DNA from: an uncultured bacterium
GTDB taxonomy: Bacteria; Desulfobacterota; BSN033; UBA1163
DNA length: 64,000 bases
Direction of reading: 5' to 3'
Assembly: GCA_938002255.1 (NCBI GenBank)
Contig: CALLAL010000010.1
Coordinates: 2,117-66,116 of the forward strand
In this document: positions 28,497 to 38,102 of the stretch, one piece after another
Layout of the letters: each line of letters begins with the position of its first letter
Numbering within the stretch: position 1 is the stretch's first letter
Notes under the pieces: model-generated
Seen by the model: the letters and a program-made list of their open reading frames with translations, nothing else
The model's database searches: none
What the model was told of the DNA's origin: nothing
Made by a program: the position numbers and the translations under genes

Positions 28497-29174
28497 TCAA
28501 GATAAAAAGATTCGACTCAACAGAAGAATAAAGAAACCGATCAAGCTACCTAAGACCACGATCCAATCCACCCTTTTGAACCGTGGTTCATGGCGAAGAG
28601 TTCTGCCTGATGTTCCGAAGCCCCGTGCTTCCATTGCCTCTGCCAATTCGTCCGCAAATTTAAAAGATTGGATCAGCAGAGGGCCAGCAAAGGCGGGAAA
28701 GTATAAAAGACTTCGGATGCCTCCGTCGATGGGAATTCCTCTTGAACGCTGGGCATCGCGGATGTTTCGGGCATGACGGATGAGGGTCGGGATGAACTGC
28801 ATTGAACCACTTAGCACGAAGGTAAAAGGATAAGGACATCCCATTTTGAGTAACGCATTTGAAAGAATTTCAGGCGGAGTGGTCTGAAAAAAGAGGAAGA
28901 AAACCGTTCCGAGGTTGACCAGCCGAAAGCCTGACACCATTCCTGTCCGGAGATCAAAAGCCAGCCAGGCAATGAGGAAGAAACAGAGGACAGCGACACT
29001 CAACCCTTTCAGGTAATTGAACCAAAGTCGGTAAAGGCGAAGGCAAAAGACATAGAGGATCAATATCCCCAGAGAGATCATCTGGAAGGTTACCAGGCTA
29101 AAAGCCATCAATAAGACCATGGCCACCCCTACCAAGACCAGCTTGGAACGAGGATCGAGAATCGACGGTTTCAA
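28497..29174 (-). CDS. ecfT: ECF transporter transmembrane (T) component
   Basis: 225 aa polytopic protein with the EcfT/CbiQ-type ARG...R coupling region (AEAMEARGFG). 4-nt overlap with the upstream ATPase gene. Confidence 0.75.
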   Translation of the reverse strand: MKPSILDPRSKLVLVGVAMVLLMAFSLVTFQMISLGILILYVFCLRLYRLWFNYLKGLSVAVLCFFLIAWLAFDLRTGMVSGFRLVNLGTVFFLFFQTTPPEILSNALLKMGCPYPFTFVLSGSMQFIPTLIRHARNIRDAQRSRGIPIDGGIRSLLYFPAFAGPLLIQSFKFADELAEAMEARGFGTSGRTLRHEPRFKRVDWIVVLGSLIGFFILLLSRIFLS

Positions 29175-30814
29175 TTTTTCTTCTCCTTTAAACGCGTTAT
29201 AGCCTGGATCAATTGAAATCGCTGAGTGGGCTGAAGTCCTGCCTTTTCCATGATCCTCGATTGGGCCATCACTTCATCAGGAGAACCCTCCCCGATGATC
29301 TTCCCATCTGCAAGGAGAATCCAGCGGCTGGCGTGTTCCGCAGCAAATTCGAGATCATGGGTTACGAAGAGAATCGTCTGCCCTTTTGCACGGAGTTGAC
29401 CGAAAATGGAGGTGAGTTGATACCTGGAAGGTTCATCCTGGCCGGCTGTGGGTTCATCGAAAACAACCAGATCAGGCTTGACCGATAAAGCGGTGGCAAA
29501 GGAAACTCTCTTCTTTTGGCCTTCACTCAAAGCAAATGGAGAGCGATCGAGAAGAGGAAGGAGGCCAAAGCGGTTAAAAAGTTCGTCACACCATGAACCA
29601 TCGTAAGATTTAAACGCTTTTGGTCCTGTCAAGACCTCTTGCCGGACTGTGGGCTGAAAAATCTGGTCATTTGGGTTCTGCCAGACGAGGCTGACTTTTC
29701 GGGAGAGTTCTGAGACAGGTCTTTTCCTGGTATCGATTCCAAAGATTCTGACGAGACCCCGCTCCGGTTTTAACAACCCATTGAGGTGTTTGATCAGAGT
29801 TGTCTTACCTGCTCCATTTCGACCAAGCAGGGCAACACATTCTCCCTTCCTAATGAAAAGATCAATCCCTTGGAGTATGGGACTCCCGTTGTTTCTGGAC
29901 CAGAGACCCTCTATCTCGACCACAGGTTCGTTTGAAGCCGTAGAGAGTTTAGACGGAATGACCGGGGGGTGGACCAGATGATCATAGAAGTGATCTAATA
30001 GGTTTTGGTGGGTCAGGTTCTGGATTGCTTCATCTATATTGAAGATCGGTTTTTTAATCCCAAATTCTCTGAAAATTTTTAATAGAGGCGGAGGGTTAAG
30101 GCCATAAGGAGAGAGGTCGTCAGCGAGTACCTGATTCGGAGTGCCATCTGCAACACCTCTTCCCTGATGAAGAATAATCATCCGATCCATATCCTGGATG
30201 ATCTCATGAAGCCTGTGTTCTATAACGAGGATGGTGATTCCTTCAGATTTCATCGATCGAAGAATTCTCCTGAGCATCTCCGTTGCTTCGGGATCAAGAT
30301 GGGTGAAGGGCTCGTCCAGAAGAAGGAGTTTGGGGCGAAGGGTGAGAATCGCTCCAAGGGCAACTCGCTGCTTTTCACCTCCGGAAAGGGTGTAAGGGGA
30401 ACGGTTCATCAGAGCATCGAGTTCGGCCAACTTGCTTGCCCAGGCTAATCTTTGTTCAATTTCAGAAGAACTTATCCCGAGACTCTCCAGACCATAAACC
30501 AGTTCTGCCTCGACCGTCTGATTGAAAAGCTGGGCATCGGGATTCTGGAAGACCAATCCGGCATGGCGAAAGAGTTCATGGACAGGGAATTGAACCGTAT
30601 CGAGCCCATCTACAAAGACCTTCCCGCTCAACCTTCCATGATGAAAATGGGGGATCAGTCCGATGCAGGCCCGGCAGAAAGTCGATTTTCCACTTCCACT
30701 GGCACCCGCAACAAGGAGGCTCTCTCCGGAATGAACGTTGAGATCAAGTCCATCGAGGGCAGGACGATTGAGACCGGGATAATAGTAAGAGACTCCCTCA
30801 AAGCGGAGGATCAT
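29171..30814 (-). CDS. ECF transporter ATPase, fused A-A' (two ABC domains)
   Basis: 547 aa. Walker A GASGSGKST and GRNGAGKTT, signatures LSGGEKQRV and LSEGQKKRV. Confidence 0.85.
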   Translation of the reverse strand: MILRFEGVSYYYPGLNRPALDGLDLNVHSGESLLVAGASGSGKSTFCRACIGLIPHFHHGRLSGKVFVDGLDTVQFPVHELFRHAGLVFQNPDAQLFNQTVEAELVYGLESLGISSSEIEQRLAWASKLAELDALMNRSPYTLSGGEKQRVALGAILTLRPKLLLLDEPFTHLDPEATEMLRRILRSMKSEGITILVIEHRLHEIIQDMDRMIILHQGRGVADGTPNQVLADDLSPYGLNPPPLLKIFREFGIKKPIFNIDEAIQNLTHQNLLDHFYDHLVHPPVIPSKLSTASNEPVVEIEGLWSRNNGSPILQGIDLFIRKGECVALLGRNGAGKTTLIKHLNGLLKPERGLVRIFGIDTRKRPVSELSRKVSLVWQNPNDQIFQPTVRQEVLTGPKAFKSYDGSWCDELFNRFGLLPLLDRSPFALSEGQKKRVSFATALSVKPDLVVFDEPTAGQDEPSRYQLTSIFGQLRAKGQTILFVTHDLEFAAEHASRWILLADGKIIGEGSPDEVMAQSRIMEKAGLQPTQRFQLIQAITRLKEKKN

Positions 30815-30821
30815 TCGAATT

Positions 30822-31322
30822 TCAACCTTTCTCCGGTTTTAATCTGGCCAGACCAGCCCTTTCAAGAAGTTTGAGACCGAAGAGTCCAAGGATCGCTCCG
30901 AGGATGGTGCTTCCCGAGAAGGCAATGATCAGGGCACCAAGGGCCATGGACTTTCCCATCAAAACAGGGGCAACAACCAGAGCACTTACGATGGCTCCGA
31001 GCAGTCCCGTGCCTATGATTTCTCCAAGGGCACCAACATAGATGTTCCGAGAGTAACGATAGGCCATGCCTGCGAGAAAGGCACCGATCATCCCCCCGGG
31101 AAAGGCAAGGAGAGTTCCGGTTCCGAGAGCATTTCGGAGAATCCCGATGATGAGGGCAATACCCGTTGCCCACCACGGTCCGAGAAGGATGGCGCCCAAG
31201 ACGTTGACAACATGCTGGGCTGGATTGATTTTGGCGATGCCGATCGGAATACTGGTAAAAGGGGAGATGGCCACGCCGACCGCAACGAGGATAACAGCTC
31301 TTGCAATCGTTTTTGTCTCCAT
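30822..31322 (-). CDS. thiW: ECF S-component ThiW (thiazole precursor)
   Basis: About 166 aa from ATG 31322 (GGGAGG SD). Gly-rich 5-6 TM protein matching ThiW, located in a TPP-riboswitch operon with thiM. Confidence 0.75.
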   Translation of the reverse strand: METKTIARAVILVAVGVAISPFTSIPIGIAKINPAQHVVNVLGAILLGPWWATGIALIIGILRNALGTGTLLAFPGGMIGAFLAGMAYRYSRNIYVGALGEIIGTGLLGAIVSALVVAPVLMGKSMALGALIIAFSGSTILGAILGLFGLKLLERAGLARLKPEKG

Positions 31323-31336
31323 ATCTTTCCTCCCTT

Positions 31337-32143
31337 TCAAGACCTTATCTTCATGCCATCACACAACTGCTGAGTGGTTAATGAATAAAGGGCGTCGAAA
31401 AAGGCTGGCCGAAATGTGCCTGGCCCTTTGGCTAAACGCCCTGCCTGTTCACCCGCGAGGCCAAAGAAGGCCACAGCGCTTATGGTTGCCACCACAGGAT
31501 CCTCTTCCACGGCATGGAAGGCACCGATCACTGCTGTTAGCATACACCCCATCCCTGTCACTTGACCCATCATAGGATGGCCATTTTCCACCACCGTTTT
31601 TTTCTCTGAAGAGATAATCAGGTCCTCGGGGCCACTGGCGACCACGACCGCCCCTGTTTTTTGAGAGAGATCTCTACACGCTTGTTCCAGATCATTTGGC
31701 GCTGAAACGCAATCCACCCCAGCCAAGAAACTCTTCTGGCCAGCGAGAGCTCCAATCTCCGAGCGATTTCCTCTGATGACAGCGATCTTGAGGTTGGATA
31801 AAATTTTCTTTAACGATTCGGTCCGAAATGGAGAGGCTCCTGCGCCTACGGGGTCAAGGATTACAGGATGTCCCTCTCTGTTCGCTCGTCGACCGGCTAA
31901 GAGTATGACTTCAAAACGGGATGGAGTAGGAGTTCCAAAGTTGAGAACGAGGGCATGAGTCTTTGACGTTATGTCCTCTATCTCTTCTTGTGCAATCGCC
32001 AGGATGGGACGAGCCCCAATCGCATATAGGGAATTGGCAACATCATTAGCCGTGACCCAATTGGTAATGGCGTGAACGACAGGCTTCTTATCCCGGACTT
32101 TCTGAAGGGTGTGTGACAGGTGTTCGTTTCCAAGAACCATCAT
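31337..32143 (-). CDS. thiM: Hydroxyethylthiazole kinase
   Basis: ThiM family similarity. Start set at ATG 32143 (GGGAG SD), because the track's start at 32188 lies inside the riboswitch terminator. Confidence 0.85.
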   Translation of the reverse strand: MMVLGNEHLSHTLQKVRDKKPVVHAITNWVTANDVANSLYAIGARPILAIAQEEIEDITSKTHALVLNFGTPTPSRFEVILLAGRRANREGHPVILDPVGAGASPFRTESLKKILSNLKIAVIRGNRSEIGALAGQKSFLAGVDCVSAPNDLEQACRDLSQKTGAVVVASGPEDLIISSEKKTVVENGHPMMGQVTGMGCMLTAVIGAFHAVEEDPVVATISAVAFFGLAGEQAGRLAKGPGTFRPAFFDALYSLTTQQLCDGMKIRS

Positions 32144-32161
32144 CGTTTCTCCCTTCGAAAC

Positions 32162-32186
32162 AAAAAAACCGACCCGAAGGGTCGGC
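32162..32186 (-). terminator. Riboswitch expression-platform terminator
   Basis: Minus strand GCCGACCC-UUCG-GGGUCGG followed by UUUUUUU, between the aptamer and the thiM SD. Confidence 0.8.
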
Positions 32187-32204
32187 ATTCGATGGTCATG
32201 TTTC

Positions 32205-32301
32205 TGTCGATCCCTCCGCTGGTATTATCCAGGTCAGGTTCAGCGGGTCGGTGACTGTCCGGTCACCCTCTCAGCCAGGCACATCCCAACTCCCCGCGAC
32301 A
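32205..32301 (-). promoter_or_regulatory. TPP (THI-box) riboswitch aptamer
   Basis: Minus strand UGUCGCGGGGAGUUGGGAUGUGCCUGGCUGAGAGGGUGACCGGACAGUCACCGACCCGCUGAACCUGACCUGGAUAAUACCAGCGGAGGGAUCGACA. Contains CUGAGA and ACCUGA...GGAUAAUACCAGCG, with P1 UGUCG/CGACA. Confidence 0.9.
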
Positions 32302-32439
32302 TTCTTTAGTTTTATTATAAATTTTTTTTACATGAAGTCAAGGAGACTCGGATCGCGTTGAATCTCCTTCACCTTAAAAATTGATTTGAAATATTGGATT
32401 CTTTTATAAGATAATGGAGCCGAAAGGAATAAGGGAAAG

Positions 32440-34959
32440 ATGAGAAAAGCCTTCGTTGCGATCCATGGACATTTCTACCAGCCTCCAAGGGAAAATCCCT
32501 GGTTGAATGCGATTGAACAGGAGGAGAGTGCCTCTCCTTTTCATGACTGGAATGAACGCATTGCTTTCGAATGTTATCGGCCCAATGCCTACGCCAGGAT
32601 TATGGATGAGCAGGGGAAGATTCTTGACCTCTTCAACAATTACGCCTTTCTCAATTTCAATTTTGGGCCGACCCTCCTTTCCTGGATTGAAAAGGAGAAC
32701 CCTCTGGTCTATCAGAAGATTCTTGAGGCTGATCGGGACAGCCTGAGACGATTAGGGCATGGGAATGCAATTGCTCAGGTGTACGATCATCTCATCATGC
32801 CTTTGGCGAATGAGCGAGATCAGGAAACAGAGGTTCGCTGGGGACTTGCCGATTTTAAGAAACATTTTCACCGGTCCCCTGAAGCCATGTGGCTTCCTGA
32901 GACGGCTGTCAACTATGCCACTCTTCAAATACTCGTGAACCATGGTCTTCAGTATCTGATCCTGAGCCCATACCAAGCCGCAAGGGTGAGGCCTTTGGGT
33001 AGCAAAAAGTGGACTGATGTCTCCAATGGAAGGATTGACACCACACAACCTTATCGCTGCTTTTTAAAAGATTCATCAGGAAAGAAACGAATGGATGCCT
33101 TTATCAATCTTTTCTTTTATGACGGGGCGCTTTCTAAAGAAATTGCCTTTGGAGATCTACTAAGGGATGGCGACCATTTCTGTGAGCGGTTTGCTCACGT
33201 TAGCCGGAAAGGGAAAAAGCCGCAACAACTGATCCATGTTTCTACGGACGGTGAGACTTACGGTCACCATAAAAAATTCGGAGAGATGGCACTGGCTTAT
33301 GCCTTTCGTCAAGGGTTCATCAAGCAAGGATTGGAATTGATCAATTACGGTGCCTTTCTAAAAAAATTTCCTCCGCTTGAAGAAGTGGAGATTGACGAAG
33401 GACCCCGAGGAGAGGGAACGGCCTGGAGCTGTAGCCACGGCGTAGGCAGATGGAAAGAAGACTGTGGTTGCAGCACCGGTGGACAACCTGGGTGGAACCA
33501 GAAATGGCGGGTCCCTTTAAGGGAGGCACTCAATCAGTTGAGGGACGACCTCTCCCTTCTCTTTGAGAATGAAGGAGAGAAGATTTTCCATGATCCCTGG
33601 GCGGCAAGAGATGGGTATATCAATGTGATCTTGAATCGGTCCTCTTACCATATGGATCAATTCTTTAAACGATACGGCAGGCCCGGATTGGATGCCGCTA
33701 AAAGGCTCAAGGGGTTCAACCTTCTCGAAATGCAACGTCACGCTCTCAGAATGTTTACAAGCTGTGGATGGTTTTTTGCTGATCTGGCAGGCCTTGAGAC
33801 TCTCCTCATCCTCCAGCATGCGGCGAGAGCGATTCAGTATGCAGAATCTTTTACTGATGAAGAGATCGAAAAGAGATTTCTTAACATCCTGGCGCAGGCC
33901 AGAAGTAATGATCCCGAAAAAGGCAATGGCCTGCAGATCTATCAAAAATTTGTGAAGACGAGGCAGGTCACTCTGGAGCAAATCGTCCATCACCATGTCT
34001 TACCTTCCCTTTTTCATGGGGAAGCGCTGAGAAGAAGGATTTTCTCCTTTCAAATGGAAACGAAGGAACAGGAGCGGTTAGAAAAAGAAGACCGGTGCCT
34101 GATTGTGGGACGTGTCAATGTCCTTTCTGACCTTCTCCCGGAATCCAAGACATTCCTTTTCGCATTATTGTCTTCGCCGGTGGTCCTTGCTCGCAATTGG
34201 ATCTCAGAAGAGAGAGAAGGGCTTAATTTTAACACATTAAAACAGAAGGGACAGGAAGGTTTAGCGTTGGGAGAGGAAGCCCTCGAAGCGTGTCTTACGT
34301 CCTTCCTCGGGAATCAGGTCTATACGATTCACAATCTTCTCAAAGAGAGTCGAGGAGAGATCTTTAGCCAGTTGATCGAAAAGGAAATCGGGGATCCCTC
34401 CGGAGTTTATGAAGAGATCTATCATAGGGCAAAACCGGTGATGGACCTACTGGTTCAAGAAGGAATGACGGTTCCCTTCGAGATTCGGGTAGCCGCTGAA
34501 ATGACGCTTAGCCATCAGTTGCTACAGGCGATCAAAGAACTGAAGAAAGATATTTCATCCATGATCGCTCGGGGTGCGATTGATCGTATTCTTGAGGAGT
34601 CCAGACGATATGGGTGTCAGCTGAGGAGGGAAGAACCCTTAAGGATATTGAATCAGATTTTGAAAGAAAAGATGGAGATCCTGAGAAAGATGAAATCTTC
34701 TGATCTTATGGTACAAGAGACCCTGATTCAGGAGATCCTCCTTCTCCTTGACCATTCCAAACGATGGGGAATGGCCCTTGAGTTGTTGGAGGCTCAGGAT
34801 ATGATGGACGAGATCTTGATCGAGTCGATTAAAACTCTGGAAGAAACCTTATGGAGCTTTGGGATTCAAAAGCCCATCCCCGCCAAACTTCTCACCCTTG
34901 CCGAGACATTGAATTTTAATATCGAGAGGATTGCCAAGGCCTCCAGCATTGAGAAATAA
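32440..34959 (+). CDS. Glycoside hydrolase family 57 protein with a long C-terminal extension (DUF3536-like)
   Basis: 839 aa with the N-terminus AIHGHFYQPPRENPW typical of GH57. Confidence 0.75.
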   Translation: MRKAFVAIHGHFYQPPRENPWLNAIEQEESASPFHDWNERIAFECYRPNAYARIMDEQGKILDLFNNYAFLNFNFGPTLLSWIEKENPLVYQKILEADRDSLRRLGHGNAIAQVYDHLIMPLANERDQETEVRWGLADFKKHFHRSPEAMWLPETAVNYATLQILVNHGLQYLILSPYQAARVRPLGSKKWTDVSNGRIDTTQPYRCFLKDSSGKKRMDAFINLFFYDGALSKEIAFGDLLRDGDHFCERFAHVSRKGKKPQQLIHVSTDGETYGHHKKFGEMALAYAFRQGFIKQGLELINYGAFLKKFPPLEEVEIDEGPRGEGTAWSCSHGVGRWKEDCGCSTGGQPGWNQKWRVPLREALNQLRDDLSLLFENEGEKIFHDPWAARDGYINVILNRSSYHMDQFFKRYGRPGLDAAKRLKGFNLLEMQRHALRMFTSCGWFFADLAGLETLLILQHAARAIQYAESFTDEEIEKRFLNILAQARSNDPEKGNGLQIYQKFVKTRQVTLEQIVHHHVLPSLFHGEALRRRIFSFQMETKEQERLEKEDRCLIVGRVNVLSDLLPESKTFLFALLSSPVVLARNWISEEREGLNFNTLKQKGQEGLALGEEALEACLTSFLGNQVYTIHNLLKESRGEIFSQLIEKEIGDPSGVYEEIYHRAKPVMDLLVQEGMTVPFEIRVAAEMTLSHQLLQAIKELKKDISSMIARGAIDRILEESRRYGCQLRREEPLRILNQILKEKMEILRKMKSSDLMVQETLIQEILLLLDHSKRWGMALELLEAQDMMDEILIESIKTLEETLWSFGIQKPIPAKLLTLAETLNFNIERIAKASSIEK

Positions 34960-34994
34960 CTCCCTTCCGATTCCTTTCGTTCTTGATCTCTCCC

Positions 34995-35699
34995 TTATTT
35001 TTCAGAGGGGAAGGTCATCTGTCCTCCAACGTATCCTAAAAGAGTCACAACAGGCGTTGGGAGCAGAATCAGCACAAGGTAGAAAAGGTGTGAGAATTCC
35101 ATCTCACCGATCCAAAAGAGGATGAGGATGACCTCAATGGCCAGAAGGAGAACTGATAGCAGAATCTTCCACTTGATGAAAAGGGTGAGTTTTAACCTGT
35201 AATTGATCCACCAAGTCAACAATCCGGTGGCAATGGCAAAGGGGGTGGAGATCGATCCGAGGACGAATAAGTGGGTGCTGGTTGTTTTCAACGAAGGATA
35301 TAAAAACAGAATATAGAGGAGATAGAAGAAGGACGATGCTATAAGAAAGGCAATGGGAAAGTGGACGACCATTGGATGGGGATGTCGCCTCGCCATTGGA
35401 CATTTCAGAAGAATTGTTTGCAGGCTGGAAGGGAGATGCTTCAACTCCTCTGGAATTCCTTTTTGCAACAATCCCACCTGAGGGTATCGTTCCAGGACCT
35501 CAGGGCCATGAGGGGCAGCGGTGATTTCTGCGCTTAGGTCCTTTCCAGGAAGATGCCGATTCATATGCATCCCTTTTGACCAGAGACGACTCTGAGTTAC
35601 ATCATACACCTTTCCCTCCAAGGCGATATAGACCGGTTTTCCATCTTTTCCATTAAACTGCTGGAGTTCTTCTGAGGTAAATTCTTTCATCCTTTTCAC
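34995..35699 (-). CDS. Cytochrome b5-like haem/steroid-binding domain fused to a 4-TM DUF2231-like membrane domain
   Basis: 234 aa. FNGKDGKPVYIALEGKVYDVT...H.PGKDL b5-like module, then HPMVVHFPIAFL plus TM helices. Last gene of the respiratory operon. Confidence 0.6.
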   Translation of the reverse strand: MKRMKEFTSEELQQFNGKDGKPVYIALEGKVYDVTQSRLWSKGMHMNRHLPGKDLSAEITAAPHGPEVLERYPQVGLLQKGIPEELKHLPSSLQTILLKCPMARRHPHPMVVHFPIAFLIASSFFYLLYILFLYPSLKTTSTHLFVLGSISTPFAIATGLLTWWINYRLKLTLFIKWKILLSVLLLAIEVILILFWIGEMEFSHLFYLVLILLPTPVVTLLGYVGGQMTFPSEK

Positions 35700-35708
35700 C
35701 CTACTTTT

Positions 35709-36113
35709 TCATTTTTTCTTGGTTGGAGTTTTGGAGGTTGCAAATTCTGCCACGTAATAGGTCAGCCCCCAGCGTTCCTGTTCAGAGAGTTGGTCCCATT
35801 TCACCATCGACGTGTTGGGAATGCCCTTTGAGATCACTTCAAATACTTTATTCAGATTTCCTTTTGCGTAAGTCCATTGACTCAAGGGAATATTAAAATC
35901 CCTCGGTGGAGGTTTAAGGGCAGCGCCCACCGGACCCTTTCCATCCCCTTTTGGCCCGTGACAGGTCGCACAGTATTGATCGTATAGTTTTTTGCCCACG
36001 TTTAAGAGTTCGGGGCTCTTTTTTGGTGGTTTGGGGGTCTGGGCATAGAGGCTATGGAAGGGAGAGAAAAGAAGAAGAAAAAAGCAAAGGGATAATTCTA
36101 AAAACCATTTCAT
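35709..36113 (-). CDS. Monohaem c-type cytochrome (ActE-like position)
   Basis: One CATCH motif and a distal Met region. Start at ATG 36113 with AGGAGG SD. Confidence 0.75.
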   Translation of the reverse strand: MKWFLELSLCFFLLLFSPFHSLYAQTPKPPKKSPELLNVGKKLYDQYCATCHGPKGDGKGPVGAALKPPPRDFNIPLSQWTYAKGNLNKVFEVISKGIPNTSMVKWDQLSEQERWGLTYYVAEFATSKTPTKKK

Positions 36114-36142
36114 ATAGGCCTCCTGGTATAATTGAGATCGAG

Positions 36143-37414
36143 TCAATTCTCTTGAGCCTCTTTTTCAAGTTCCCAGATCGAGAGGACAGGGAAAAATTTA
36201 GAAAAAAGAATAAAGGCCAGGGTGAACCCGGCACAGAGACCTGCCATCATAGACCATTCCACCCATGAGGGCATATAGGCTCCTCTGGGATAATGGAGAC
36301 GCGGGTGAGCCAGGGATGGGATGATAATAAGAAACCGTTCCAGCCACATCCCGATCACCACAGAGATGGAGGCAGGAAGCAGGAATTTTGGCGATCGTTT
36401 AAAGACCAGCAGAGAGAAAGGAATGACAAAACAGAGGAGAACCATGATCCAGAACAAAAGGGCATACCTCCCCGTAAGTTTACTCCATAAAACATCGAGC
36501 TCGTGGCTTCCTCCGGCATAAGCCACGGTGAGATGTTCTGCAAAAGTGAAATAAGCCCAGAGAAGGGTAAAGACCAGAAGGAGCAGGCCCATGTTATTAA
36601 AATGGTAAGGAGTCAGATATTTCTCCAGATGATAAATCCGTCTAAGAGCAATGGTAACAATGATAATGGTGGCGATGCCTGAAAAGATGGCTCCCGTAAC
36701 GAAGTAGGGGGCAAAGATCGTGCTAAACCACATGGGTTGAGTTTGAAGGCCAAAGACCCAGGATACAACGGTATGAACGCTTACGGCGATGGGAATGACA
36801 GCGACACACAAGAAGCCGATCGTTTTGCTGATCGTCCTCCATTGGTCTTTGGTTCCGGTCCACCCGAGGGAAAGAGGTTTGTAAAGCCATTTTCTTCCTG
36901 GAAATCGGTCCCTAAGAAGACCAATATCGGGAATCATAAGGACATAGAGGAAGATCACGCTAACTGTAAAATAAGTCATAATACAGGTGAAGTCCCAGAT
37001 GAGCGGCGATTTAAACTGGGCATGGAGGGGGACCCAGTAGAACCGGCTGGAGCGTCCCAAATCAAAAAGTATATTGGTTGGGCCCGCTGCAAGGGCAAAA
37101 ACCGTGACTGCCTCCGCAGCCCTTCCAAACGGAGTTCCCCAACGGGCGTGAGTGATTCTTAAAACGGCTGAAACCAGGGCACCCGCATGGCTGATGCCGA
37201 TGAAGAAGACAAAGTTGACAAGATAAAGGGTCCAGGACATTGGATGACCCATTCCTGTCTCACCCAGTCCCCATTGATATTGCCACCCAAAGGCAAAGAA
37301 GGACCAGAGAAAGAGGATGGAGAGAGGAAACACGGTGACCCAGAAAGGCCAGCCCATGCGGGTCATAGGCTTCAAGACCTGATCATATTTGGTGGCAAGG
37401 ACCTCACTATCCAT
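36143..37414 (-). CDS. NrfD/PsrC-family quinone-interacting membrane subunit (ActC-like)
   Basis: 423 aa, about 10 TM, immediately after the Fe-S subunit gene with an 8-nt overlap. Confidence 0.75.
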   Translation of the reverse strand: MDSEVLATKYDQVLKPMTRMGWPFWVTVFPLSILFLWSFFAFGWQYQWGLGETGMGHPMSWTLYLVNFVFFIGISHAGALVSAVLRITHARWGTPFGRAAEAVTVFALAAGPTNILFDLGRSSRFYWVPLHAQFKSPLIWDFTCIMTYFTVSVIFLYVLMIPDIGLLRDRFPGRKWLYKPLSLGWTGTKDQWRTISKTIGFLCVAVIPIAVSVHTVVSWVFGLQTQPMWFSTIFAPYFVTGAIFSGIATIIIVTIALRRIYHLEKYLTPYHFNNMGLLLLVFTLLWAYFTFAEHLTVAYAGGSHELDVLWSKLTGRYALLFWIMVLLCFVIPFSLLVFKRSPKFLLPASISVVIGMWLERFLIIIPSLAHPRLHYPRGAYMPSWVEWSMMAGLCAGFTLAFILFSKFFPVLSIWELEKEAQEN

Positions 37415-38102
37415 CCTTCCACTCCCCCTCTTTTAAATAATAAACTTTTGGTTCCGTTCCCAGTTCTTCCAAGAGGCGAAAAGCCCGGCGACTTTTCGAA
37501 AGTCTAAAGACACGGCTATGAGGATCATTCAGATCACCAAAGGTGATGGCTTCTGTGGGACAGGTTTCTGCGCAGGCTGGAGTAATATCTCCGTCTCGAA
37601 TCTTCCGTTTCTCCTTCCGGGCGATCTCTTTTGCTTTCCGAATTCTCTGGATACAGAAATTACATTTTTCGGTTATCCCTTTTCTCCTTTTATAAACGTC
37701 CGGATTCAGTCCTCTTTTGTATTCGTTGGGCCACGACGGCGCATGCCAGTTGAAGTACCGAACTGTATAAGGGCAGTTGGAAACACACATACGGACACCA
37801 ATACATCGTGGATAGACCTGAGCCACTATGCCTTCAGGATTTTTATAGGTGGCTTCCACTGGACATACAGTGGTGCAGGGAGGGCGGTCACAATGCATGC
37901 AGGGAACAGGAATAAAATGCATCTTCACGTTAGGATAATGCCCCTTCACTTCGGCGATGAGATTCATCCAGAACTTTGCCCTGCCCAGCTTGGCCCATCT
38001 CTCACCCGCAAAGGGGATATTATTCTCCTGACGGCAGGCCACGATACAGGCCTGACAGCCCGTACATCTGTCCAGATCAATCACCATTCCCCAGCGGTTC
38101 AC
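37407..38102 (-). CDS. 4Fe-4S ferredoxin-type subunit (PsrB/DmsB/ActB2-like)
   Basis: 231 aa with four Cys clusters (CTGCQACIVAC, CMHCDRPPC, CIGVRMC..C, CNFC...C..C). Confidence 0.8.
   Translation of the reverse strand: MNRWGMVIDLDRCTGCQACIVACRQENNIPFAGERWAKLGRAKFWMNLIAEVKGHYPNVKMHFIPVPCMHCDRPPCTTVCPVEATYKNPEGIVAQVYPRCIGVRMCVSNCPYTVRYFNWHAPSWPNEYKRGLNPDVYKRRKGITEKCNFCIQRIRKAKEIARKEKRKIRDGDITPACAETCPTEAITFGDLNDPHSRVFRLSKSRRAFRLLEELGTEPKVYYLKEGEWKDG

Noticed and set aside
31066-31575. 169-aa plus-strand ORF spanning the thiW/thiM junction.
   Set aside because: Antisense to two well-supported genes. Its Arg/Pro-rich composition is typical of the reverse frame of Gly/Ala-rich membrane proteins.
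32144-32188. Extended thiM start (MPTLRVGFFVSKGET...).
   Set aside because: These codons are the riboswitch terminator hairpin and U-tract read as protein. ATG 32143 has a proper SD.
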